Made by a program: the position numbers and the translations under genes. A stretch of 57,522 nt of DNA from a virus. Taxonomy: Duplodnaviria > Caudoviricetes. The notes below the pieces were generated by a model. It searched no databases, was not told where the DNA came from, and saw only the letters and a list, made by a program, of their open reading frames with translations. The stretch is taken from positions 1 through 57,522 of IMG/VR virus record IMGVR_UViG_3300025543_000027. One strand, written 5' to 3'. This document shows, piece by piece, positions 49,396-57,522 of the stretch. How positions within the stretch are numbered: position 1 is the stretch's first letter; every line of letters starts with the position of its first letter.

Positions 49396-50040
49396 ATGGC
49401 CGTATCATCACTAAGTAGAATGACAGTTCCTTTGGCCAGTGACCAAAGCGCTTCAACACAGGGCGTATTAATGCCCAAACTCAAATATCGCTTTAGAGTG
49501 TTATTTGAAAACTTTGGAGCCGCAAACAATGCTGCACCTGTGACAGAATTAACCAAGCAAGTGATCGACTTTACTCGTCCTTCAGTTGACTTTGCACAAA
49601 TTGATATTCCAATTTACAACTCAACAATCAAAATGGCCGGCAAGCATACATGGGCCGACGTCACTTGTAACTTGCGAGACGATGCTGGTGCAAACGTACA
49701 AAAACTAGTTGGCGAACAACTACAAAAGCAATTGGACTTTATGGAAATGGCCAGTGCCAGTGCCGGTATTGACTACAAGTTTATTACCAAGTTCGAAGTG
49801 CTGGACGGCGGCAACGGCGCTGTGGAACCAATTGTTCTTGAATCATGGGAATTGTATGGTTGCTACTTAAAATCTGTAAACTATGGCGATGCCAATTATG
49901 GGTCAAGCGAAGCGATGACTGTTGCAATGACTATTACTTTTGACAATGCCAACCAAATCGTAGGTGGCGGCGTTGGTACAGCAGGTACATTGGTTGGTAG
50001 AGCAGGAGACGTTGCTACTGGCGTAACTACAGGACTCTGA
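49396..50040 (+). CDS. gp19: tail tube protein
   Basis: Follows the sheath; KYRFRV, KMAGK..W, WELYGC pattern; strong SD. Confidence 0.8.
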   Translation: MAVSSLSRMTVPLASDQSASTQGVLMPKLKYRFRVLFENFGAANNAAPVTELTKQVIDFTRPSVDFAQIDIPIYNSTIKMAGKHTWADVTCNLRDDAGANVQKLVGEQLQKQLDFMEMASASAGIDYKFITKFEVLDGGNGAVEPIVLESWELYGCYLKSVNYGDANYGSSEAMTVAMTITFDNANQIVGGGVGTAGTLVGRAGDVATGVTTGL

Positions 50041-51167
50041 TGAGTTTTGGACAAGACTTTCTTAAAGGTTTTATTGGTGACAACGGGTTAAGAGATTATA
50101 CCCACGCCAGTAAAACCTTTCGCACGAACGGCTACGAACTTGCTCCTAAACTCAAGTTCCTTTTTCACACTTACTTTAATTTAAATCCACAAATTCCTGG
50201 TGTGCAGCAAATGCTGAGCAATGGAGACGCTGCCAGCATAGGCTTGTCAGTTAAAACAATTGATCTTCCCAGTTATCAACTTGAAGTTGAAACTTTGAAC
50301 CAATATAATCGTAAACGTCTAGTACAGACCAAAATCAACTATCAGCCTGTGCAAATAACGTTCAACGATGATGGCGGAGATTTAATTCGCAACTTGTGGT
50401 ACAATTACTTCAATTACTATTACAAGGACCCTGTTAACCAATACGAAGGCGTGCCCAACACCAACGGCACCAGCGGAAACCTACAAACAACTCCAACTGG
50501 ATTCAGTTACAATACCAGCGACACTTACAACAATGATCGTGTTGTAAACGACTGGGGTTTCGCAGGAGAGTCGTACAGCGACGGCTCATTTACTGGAAAT
50601 GGAAAACCTGCGTTCTTTAACGATATCAAAATCTACGGCTTGAATCAACACAAGTTTGCTGCCTATGTGTTGATCAATCCAATGATCACAGACTGGCGCC
50701 ATGACACATATGATTATGCACAAGGCACCGGCACAATGACACATACTGTTACAATACGTTACGAAACTGTAAAATATTATTCTGGTGCAATTGGCGCAAG
50801 CCGTCCTGACACCAATGTTGTCGGATTCGGCGATCCTGACCATTACGATCAAATTAGAAGTTCATTGGCACGTGAAGGTAGCCAAGCCACTGTGCTGGGT
50901 CAAGGCGGCTTGTTGGATGCAGGTGTTGGCATTCTTGAAGATGTGCAAGCATTGGCATCCGGCCAAGGAAGCCTAGCCAATGTGTTGGGTGGCGTACAAA
51001 AAGCTCTTAATGTTCAGGGTGTACTGAAAAATAATTCTATTGGTGATCTTATCAGAAATGATTCCAAAACAGCACAACAAGACATACTACGCAACGGGTT
51101 ACCCGGCGCACTAAGAAACGCTACCAATTCTGCAAATAGTCAATTCTTTCCCAAGGCACCAAAATGA
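50040..51167 (+). CDS. tail-tube-fold protein (tube initiator gp54/gp48-like)
   Basis: VKTIDLPSY...NQYNRKR...YQPVQITF.DD tube-like pattern. Confidence 0.6.
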   Translation: MSFGQDFLKGFIGDNGLRDYTHASKTFRTNGYELAPKLKFLFHTYFNLNPQIPGVQQMLSNGDAASIGLSVKTIDLPSYQLEVETLNQYNRKRLVQTKINYQPVQITFNDDGGDLIRNLWYNYFNYYYKDPVNQYEGVPNTNGTSGNLQTTPTGFSYNTSDTYNNDRVVNDWGFAGESYSDGSFTGNGKPAFFNDIKIYGLNQHKFAAYVLINPMITDWRHDTYDYAQGTGTMTHTVTIRYETVKYYSGAIGASRPDTNVVGFGDPDHYDQIRSSLAREGSQATVLGQGGLLDAGVGILEDVQALASGQGSLANVLGGVQKALNVQGVLKNNSIGDLIRNDSKTAQQDILRNGLPGALRNATNSANSQFFPKAPK

Positions 51168-51526
51168 GCACAATCAACGATCCCAATTATAACGTAGACC
51201 TTACAGTTCGTGTGTTTGACGACTTTTACGGGTTTGAATCTGTTGTGCCTGTGAATGAGTGGGATGCAGTGCTTTCATATTTTGAATCAATCTACACCAC
51301 AAAATCAGCAGCCAAAAATTTCACAACAGCCATATTTAGAGTTGCAAATCAACAAGGCATATCTGCTATGACTTTGTTACAACAAATACAAACGTCAACT
51401 GGTCCTGCTGAATTAGATATAACTATTGCTTACTATCTCAACAACTTGCGTAGCAATAGTACATTGCTGGGTGTGTCACAACCTGTGCAACCCAACTACT
51501 ATGCGGCGCGAAATGTTAGAGCATGA
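51164..51526 (+). CDS. hypothetical protein
   Basis: ATGA overlaps on both sides. Confidence 0.75.
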   Translation: MSTINDPNYNVDLTVRVFDDFYGFESVVPVNEWDAVLSYFESIYTTKSAAKNFTTAIFRVANQQGISAMTLLQQIQTSTGPAELDITIAYYLNNLRSNSTLLGVSQPVQPNYYAARNVRA

Positions 51527-51954
51527 GCAAGTTTGCACAAGGCCCGTACACAGTTAAAAACACTGCCAAGTATGTGGGCAACGGTGTTCCGCGTTACAGA
51601 TCAGGATGGGAGTTGGCATTTATGCGATTCCTTGACAACAACGATAATGTGATGCAATGGGCCAGTGAATCAATACAAATACCTTATCGCAATCCCGTCA
51701 CAGGAAAACAAAGCATCTATGTTCCAGACTTTTTGATAACTTACAAAACACGAAACAACACGCTGATTGCCGAACTGATTGAAATAAAACCCAAAAAGCA
51801 AAGTGTCATTGAAAGTAAGATGAGCAACCGAGATCGTATGGTTGTGGCAATCAACTATGCCAAATGGGATCAAGCTACCAAATGGTGCAAGCGCAACGGA
51901 TTGAAGTTTAGAGTTATCACAGAAGAAGACATGTTCCACCAAGGTGGAAAATAA
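51523..51954 (+). CDS. gp4: head completion nuclease (PD-(D/E)xK, TnsA-like)
   Basis: YRSGWE, WASE, YVPDF, IEIKP, KW..A..WC, FRVITE. Confidence 0.88.
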   Translation: MSKFAQGPYTVKNTAKYVGNGVPRYRSGWELAFMRFLDNNDNVMQWASESIQIPYRNPVTGKQSIYVPDFLITYKTRNNTLIAELIEIKPKKQSVIESKMSNRDRMVVAINYAKWDQATKWCKRNGLKFRVITEEDMFHQGGK

Positions 51955-51987
51955 GCCACGCAACACTGTTAATACGGTAAATACGGT

Positions 51988-52497
51988 ATGACTAGAAAAT
52001 TAGAAGAACTGTTTGATTTGCCATCAACCACTGCTGACTCTGAGGAAACTGTGCCTGATGTTGCTACTGCACAGTACGCTATAACAGAGATCGACAGTGC
52101 CATTGACAAGATTGACGCAGCCTTACCTGGTGTGCGTGGATTAGAATCAAGCGATGACGAAATGGATCAACTGGCAACCAAAGCTACTGAAACATTTGAT
52201 GATTTGATGGATCTTGGCATGCAGGTTGACAGTCGTTATGCCAGTGAAATATTTGCAGTAGCAGGCGCTATGCTTGGACATGCACTCACTGCCAAAACTG
52301 CCAAGATGAACAAAAAGTTAAAAATGATTCAGTTGCAGATGCAAAAAGCCAAACTGGATCTTGACAAAGAAAAACTCAGTGGTAAAAACGATGATGACAC
52401 TGAAACTATCGAGACTGCCGAAGGGCAAGTACTGAGTCGCAATGATCTACTTGAACGTCTACTTGGCGCAAGAGATCAAAAGAATAAACAAGCATAA
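51988..52497 (+). CDS. helical protein, possible terminase small subunit
   Basis: Late promoter just upstream; acidic N-terminus, coiled coil, SRNDLL C-terminus. Confidence 0.45.
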   Translation: MTRKLEELFDLPSTTADSEETVPDVATAQYAITEIDSAIDKIDAALPGVRGLESSDDEMDQLATKATETFDDLMDLGMQVDSRYASEIFAVAGAMLGHALTAKTAKMNKKLKMIQLQMQKAKLDLDKEKLSGKNDDDTETIETAEGQVLSRNDLLERLLGARDQKNKQA

Positions 52498-52517
52498 ATA
52501 TCGTATAGGGATTAATT

Positions 52518-53123
52518 ATGAAACATTTCAGAGAATATTTGTCAGAAAACGAAAGAGTATACAACTACCGCATTAAAATTGCGGGCGATACTCCCAAAGA
52601 CTTGGTCAAGGCGCTTGAAGAAAAACTTCAACAGTTTGACGTTGTCAAGATTTCTACACCAAAAACCACGCCTGTAATGGCCAAACTAGCAGACTTTCCA
52701 GCGTTTGACAATGAAAGTTGCACACACATGGATGTAGAGTTCCGTTATCCTGCTATTGAACCACAAATTCAACAAATAGCACAGTTGTTGGGCCTTGATC
52801 CAAATCGTGTACGTATGTTGACTGTGCCTTACGAAAACAGCAACGACAAACTGACTGCTGACATTGAAGCGCAAAACAAGGATTTGTTGACATCTCCTTA
52901 TCCTGCTCCTGATGCTGAACAAAAAGCCTTGTACAAAGACTATGCAGCCGCACCAGAAGATCATGCAGTGTTAAAAAACACGTACCGTAGTGCATTCACA
53001 GTGGCCGGTGGTAAAACCCCTCCTGCTGTCACTACCAACAGTTTACCAATGGGCGACACTAGTCCTATGACAAACGTTAAGCGTCCAGCAAAGCCAGCAA
53101 CTGGCTACAACCCAAGAGGATAA
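52518..53123 (+). CDS. probable internal head protein
   Basis: MKHFREYLSE resembles the T4 capsid-targeting sequence; TAAATA 52495-52500. Confidence 0.6.
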   Translation: MKHFREYLSENERVYNYRIKIAGDTPKDLVKALEEKLQQFDVVKISTPKTTPVMAKLADFPAFDNESCTHMDVEFRYPAIEPQIQQIAQLLGLDPNRVRMLTVPYENSNDKLTADIEAQNKDLLTSPYPAPDAEQKALYKDYAAAPEDHAVLKNTYRSAFTVAGGKTPPAVTTNSLPMGDTSPMTNVKRPAKPATGYNPRG

Positions 53124-53127
53124 TACA

Positions 53128-55014
53128 ATGAGCTTTTTTTACAACCTAAACAAAACACTAGCATCAATTGCTGGCAAAGACAGCGAAGCAAAAACACAAG
53201 CGACTGAAAGTGTTCAGCAAAGCGAGTTAAAAACTATTCTCGAGTCTAGTTACAGTGCCAAAGCTGCTGCCGCTGGCAAAGACATTGGCAAGCCAGGCAA
53301 GCAATTTTCTAAGATTGCCAAAAGTGCAGGCGAGCGTTATGGCAGCAAAGCCGCTGGCGAACGTGTTGCAGGTGCTGTGCTAAACAAGTTGCGTAACAAG
53401 ACTGAAGAAGGCAACGAATTTTCAGGCAAGTTGGCCCAGGCTAAAGCTCAACACAAAGATTCATTTGATGTTGACGGCAAAACATACCCTGTAAAAGAAG
53501 AAGGCATGTCTGCCAAAGAAAAATCATTTGCTGCCTTGGCAGACCCCAAAGACAAAATCACTTTTGCTGACAAAATTGCCGGCGCAAAGAAAGAAGTAGA
53601 TGAAATGTTGGGCGATGTTGCTGCTGATGCTATGAAAAATGCCATTGGCAAGATCCGCGAAATTGAGCATGATGATGTTGAAGAAGGCAAGCAAGATCGT
53701 ATTCAGCAGGCACATAAATTAATAGATAGAGCATGTGGTCTGGATGCGTGTAGCCCAGAGGAATTAGGCGACCACCGTATTGACATGATCGCACAAGAAA
53801 CAGGATTAAAACGTGGACACGTAAAATCAATAGCAAATCATATGGATGATGAAGATGTTGATGAAGGCTGGGACGACATGAAACAAGATGTCAAACAACG
53901 CATGGGCGACATGAGCAAAATGAAACCCGGCGACAAGATGGCTGGTCGCAAGCACGACATTGAAAAGACCACAACAGGCATCAAAGCCACACGCCGTACT
54001 GACCCAGATGGTATCAGTACCAGTGTAGACAACAAAGATGCCGATGGCGAAAAGCGTGGACGTGGTCGTCCCAAAGGCACTGGCGTTAAGATGGGCGCCA
54101 AAGGACCATCGGGCAAGAGCAAGTTGATGACTCGTGAAAACGACGAGTATGATGACGAAGCCGGAATGGCCAAGCAAGATTTAGCACAAGCCAAAGATGC
54201 AGCCGAAGAGTTGCGCAGTATTTTAGCGTCTGATGAAAACTTGCCAGAATGGGTACAAGCAAAGATTACCAAGGCTGTTGACTATCTAGACACAGCCCGT
54301 GATTACATCAAGTCTGAAAAACACGGTGAAGAAGAACTAGACGAAAAGAAAGATGTCAAGCGTGACAACAAGGCCGAGAAAGACGGCAAAAAAGTCACCA
54401 AAGACATTGAGTATGACGAAAAGAAAAAAGATGGTATCCACGGCAAAAAGCGTGATGCTGAAGACGACAAAGCTGAAAAGGCCGGCAAGGAAGTGGCCAA
54501 AGATGTAGAGTATGACCAAAGCAACGAAAGCGAAGAAAAGCCTAAAAAAGCCAAAGGTGGTATTGACTTCGGTGGCAGTGTTTATGAAAACTTAGATGCA
54601 CAACTTGAAGGTTTGATCACTGAAGGTATGAATGTCACAATCAACATGACAACTGATGACAATGGCCAGGATCGTAAAACTGTCACAGTCACTGCCGAAG
54701 ATGACGATGCTGTTAGTCTAGTAGAATTGTTACGCAATGCAGGCATGGGCAACAGTGCACCAGAGTCATGCCCAACATGCAGCGAAAGCACTTGTGAATG
54801 CGAAATGGTTGAAGAGAACAGCCCAAACTGGCCCACTGACCAAGAAACAAGCAATGACGCACTACAGTATGCAGGCGGATTAAACAAGCCCAAGAGCACT
54901 GGACAAACAACTACACCTGTTATTGCAAGTCAATTGCGTAGACAAGTCAGTATGGAAGAAAGTGTAAAACTCGAGCGCAGTTTGTTTGACTTGTACAAAG
55001 ACTTTACAAAGTAA
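53128..55014 (+). CDS. highly charged low-complexity protein with AT-hook, probable internal head/core protein
   Basis: Lys/Glu/Asp-rich; KRGRGRPKG; many hydrophobic-x-E sites; internal KAEK.GK.V.KD.EYD duplication. Confidence 0.7.
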   Translation: MSFFYNLNKTLASIAGKDSEAKTQATESVQQSELKTILESSYSAKAAAAGKDIGKPGKQFSKIAKSAGERYGSKAAGERVAGAVLNKLRNKTEEGNEFSGKLAQAKAQHKDSFDVDGKTYPVKEEGMSAKEKSFAALADPKDKITFADKIAGAKKEVDEMLGDVAADAMKNAIGKIREIEHDDVEEGKQDRIQQAHKLIDRACGLDACSPEELGDHRIDMIAQETGLKRGHVKSIANHMDDEDVDEGWDDMKQDVKQRMGDMSKMKPGDKMAGRKHDIEKTTTGIKATRRTDPDGISTSVDNKDADGEKRGRGRPKGTGVKMGAKGPSGKSKLMTRENDEYDDEAGMAKQDLAQAKDAAEELRSILASDENLPEWVQAKITKAVDYLDTARDYIKSEKHGEEELDEKKDVKRDNKAEKDGKKVTKDIEYDEKKKDGIHGKKRDAEDDKAEKAGKEVAKDVEYDQSNESEEKPKKAKGGIDFGGSVYENLDAQLEGLITEGMNVTINMTTDDNGQDRKTVTVTAEDDDAVSLVELLRNAGMGNSAPESCPTCSESTCECEMVEENSPNWPTDQETSNDALQYAGGLNKPKSTGQTTTPVIASQLRRQVSMEESVKLERSLFDLYKDFTK

Positions 55015-55026
55015 AAGGAAAAGAAA

Positions 55027-55332
55027 ATGGCAACACAAGTAATCAACGCAGCAGGCAATGTATTATGGACCTCTGACAAAGCAGAAATTTCTGCTAATAG
55101 TGCCGATGTTACATTTCAGATTGGCTTGACAGAAATTGGCAACACTGCCAATGTCACTGGTAACTTGTATGCCAATGCAGTATCTGTTCCAAATGGTAGT
55201 ACTATACAAACATATGTTGGCGTAGGAAATAAACTTACTGTTACTGGCAGCAATGTTACTGCTGCGGCATTGGGAACACAAAGTTCTGCACAAGCTGGTA
55301 TAAATGCTGGCCCTAGTTACGTTGCTCCGTAA
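55027..55332 (+). CDS. small structural protein
   Basis: AAGGA SD; Gly/Ala/Asn/Thr-rich beta composition. Confidence 0.7.
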   Translation: MATQVINAAGNVLWTSDKAEISANSADVTFQIGLTEIGNTANVTGNLYANAVSVPNGSTIQTYVGVGNKLTVTGSNVTAAALGTQSSAQAGINAGPSYVAP

Positions 55333-55341
55333 TAAAATTTT

Positions 55342-55716
55342 ATGAGATCCAAAGAGTTCATAACTGAAAAAAACGCCAATGGCAAGTTGGGCAATCGTCG
55401 CCAACAATCCACTCGCGGTTTACACACGTTTAGAAACGGTGGCAAGGGAAATACCACTTATGCACTCAATCGTGTGATGATGGCAGTGGCGCAAACAGAT
55501 GGAAAAACCATGCCTGACCTTGACAGCGAAAGCTGGATTGGCACTTCGGCAATGGCAGCGCCGTATTCTGAAGAAGAACACGAAATGTTAAAAATGGCAT
55601 ATCGTGCAGTGGGAGCAGACAGCACAGACCTAAATCATGACGACCTAGATTCAGAAGAATTGGAAAGCACAAACAAACAAAGCCCGGTCAAAGCATTCAA
55701 AGGCTATCCCAGATAA
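55342..55716 (+). CDS. probable internal head protein
   Basis: MRSKEFITE N-terminus. Confidence 0.65.
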   Translation: MRSKEFITEKNANGKLGNRRQQSTRGLHTFRNGGKGNTTYALNRVMMAVAQTDGKTMPDLDSESWIGTSAMAAPYSEEEHEMLKMAYRAVGADSTDLNHDDLDSEELESTNKQSPVKAFKGYPR

Positions 55717-55742
55717 ACTAAATACAGCACAAGGAACAAGTT

Positions 55743-56177
55743 ATGAAAATTTCAGATGTACTACGTAGACTAGCAGACAACATTGATGGGCATGCCGAAG
55801 GTGGACAACCAGACCCAGCATTGCAAAATCCAGCACAGTTGAGTGCTATTCCCACTGGGCAAAATGTAATTGTGGTTGACACAGATGCTGACGACAAACC
55901 CAGTCCCAACGGAACTACTGCATCTGGCAATGACAAAGCACCAGCTGAACAATTCTTACCACCATTGCAAATGAAACAAGAACTGTTGAAAAAGTCAGTT
56001 GGTGTAGAAAATGTTTACGACGACGGCACAGCAACTGAACAAGACCAAGAAGACCAAGCACAACAAGACGATATGTCACAAGAGCGTGATGATATTGTCA
56101 ACAGAATCAAACAACTATCTGGAATCCCACTCGCTGCTGTGCAAGAACTAAGCAACGACGAAGTATTTGACGATTAA
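55743..56177 (+). CDS. acidic hypothetical protein
   Basis: TAAATA 55719-55724 and AAGGA SD; C-terminal RIKQLSGI. Confidence 0.7.
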   Translation: MKISDVLRRLADNIDGHAEGGQPDPALQNPAQLSAIPTGQNVIVVDTDADDKPSPNGTTASGNDKAPAEQFLPPLQMKQELLKKSVGVENVYDDGTATEQDQEDQAQQDDMSQERDDIVNRIKQLSGIPLAAVQELSNDEVFDD

Positions 56178-56189
56178 GGGGCATAGACT

Positions 56190-57522
56190 ATGTCCTGGAT
56201 ACAGAATTTTTTCACCAGTAGAGATAACAATACCACTGGTAATACCTACGTAGGTCAAGAAGGCCGGTTGTTTTACAATCCTGATACCAATGCATTGTAT
56301 GTCAGCGACGGCACAACAGTTGGCGGTATTCCTGTTAGTTTTACCGGCACAGGCAACGGTGTACCAGGCGGACCTGACACCAGTGTGCAGTACAATGCAG
56401 GCGGTGGAGACTTTGGCGGCGACGCTTTCTTCACAGTTGATTCTGCCAACGTCACAGTACAAATTGGCGATATCACATTGACCAGCAGTAATATCACTGG
56501 TGTTGTGGCCAACACAAGTCTTTCCATCGGTGTGCTTGAACCCGGCAACGGCGTTGTTCAATTGCTGGGCCCAGTCAACATTTATTCTGACAGTAATATT
56601 GCCAATGTGTCCACATTTAATGTGGACACTGACGGTCAAGTCAAAATGTTGGTCCCGACTCCGGACAGCACCATTGGCGCTGTAGAAATCGTCGGTAGTT
56701 CAACAGGTGTATCAGTTGCCCCGGGCAACTTTGGCGGAATGCTGCACATCACTGGTCAGGACAATGTGCCCACTCGTGTGTACAATGATGGCATCAACAA
56801 TTATCCACTGTATGTGGGACGCAGATACAACGGAACTGCTTCATCGCCGACCGGCATTTTAAACGATCAAGTGGTCAGTCGTATAGGTTCTAACCCATAC
56901 CTTACTGACACTGCTGCTTTTACACCACTGGGCTTTGCCAAAATTGATTTTGTAGCAACACAAGACCAAACTACCACAGCACAAGGCAGTCGTGTTGACA
57001 TTTATACCACGCCCAACGACAGTAATGTACAAGTGCTGGGAGCATCATTCACTAGTGATCGCATTGCATTAACCGGGAATCTTATTCCAACATTGGATGA
57101 TGTTTATAGTCTAGGCAACATTGACACTCGTTGGATCGGTGCATACTTCGGCAATGCTGGCATTTATTTAGAAGACTCCACATTGGGCACCACGGGTTCA
57201 ATGAGTCTGGACAATGGTGTTATGCTGTTTGATACCAACATCAACCGGTTACAAGTGGGCAACATGTGGTTGACCACTGATGGTATACAGCACACAACAG
57301 CGTCAATAACAGACGACATTCTTATTGGCACCACAGCCGGCGGCAACACTTTTATACGCAACGCCGGCATCAAGTTCAACGACCTTACTGTTCAGAGCAC
57401 AGCAGCTATTCCATTGGCCGAAAAAGGTGCTGCATTGGGAGTGGTGCCACTCAATGCCTCAACCAAAATTGACACCATTTACTTGCCAGCCGGCGGCCCT
57501 GTGTATCAAGGAACATGGAACG
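56190..57522 (+). CDS. tail fibre-like protein, truncated by the window end (absent from the ORF track)
   Basis: ATG 56190: MSWIQNFFTSRDNNTTGNTYVGQEGRLFYNPDTNALYVSDGTTVGG (Mtd-N-like), then PGGPDTSVQYN; appears open to the end. Confidence 0.8.
   Translation, partial: MSWIQNFFTSRDNNTTGNTYVGQEGRLFYNPDTNALYVSDGTTVGGIPVSFTGTGNGVPGGPDTSVQYNAGGGDFGGDAFFTVDSANVTVQIGDITLTSSNITGVVANTSLSIGVLEPGNGVVQLLGPVNIYSDSNIANVSTFNVDTDGQVKMLVPTPDSTIGAVEIVGSSTGVSVAPGNFGGMLHITGQDNVPTRVYNDGINNYPLYVGRRYNGTASSPTGILNDQVVSRIGSNPYLTDTAAFTPLGFAKIDFVATQDQTTTAQGSRVDIYTTPNDSNVQVLGASFTSDRIALTGNLIPTLDDVYSLGNIDTRWIGAYFGNAGIYLEDSTLGTTGSMSLDNGVMLFDTNINRLQVGNMWLTTDGIQHTTASITDDILIGTTAGGNTFIRNAGIKFNDLTVQSTAAIPLAEKGAALGVVPLNASTKIDTIYLPAGGPVYQGTWN

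Noticed and set aside
56148-57379. Short ORFs listed at the right end
   Set aside because: Shadows of the real + strand fibre gene from 56190 that runs off the window

Overview
A 57.5-kb segment of a large T4-like (Tevenvirinae-related) myovirus genome, probably an uncultured aquatic phage; the taxonomy is inferred from gene content and order only. Left part: late sigma factor gp55, then the gp47/gp46 recombination nuclease genes split and followed by AT-rich accessory enzymes (SGNH-like, methyltransferase, two radical SAMs, SDR, sulfotransferase-like), a GIY-YIG nuclease and a ~450-nt highly structured non-coding interval. A minus-strand operon follows (gp26-like/gp51-like pair with a -1 slippery site, DUF1415-like, aminoacyl-tRNA-protein-transferase-like, alpha/beta barrel). 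The rest is morphogenesis: tape-measure-like protein with an M15 peptidase, portal, core proteins, protease, scaffold, major capsid, glycosyltransferase-like genes, many fibre/structural genes, neck gp13/14/15, sheath, tube, gp4, probable internal head proteins and a truncated fibre gene. TAAATA late promoters, sigma70 promoters and tetraloop terminators are visible. I saw no tRNA, rRNA, CRISPR array, integrase or reverse transcriptase. Best leads: the structured RNA candidate at ~10985-11400 beside the GIY-YIG gene, the programmed -1 frameshift at 12931-12937, the phage Bpt/ATE-like three-gene module, and a cloverleaf-like leader at 23279-23343. All product calls come from motif recognition by eye, not database searches.
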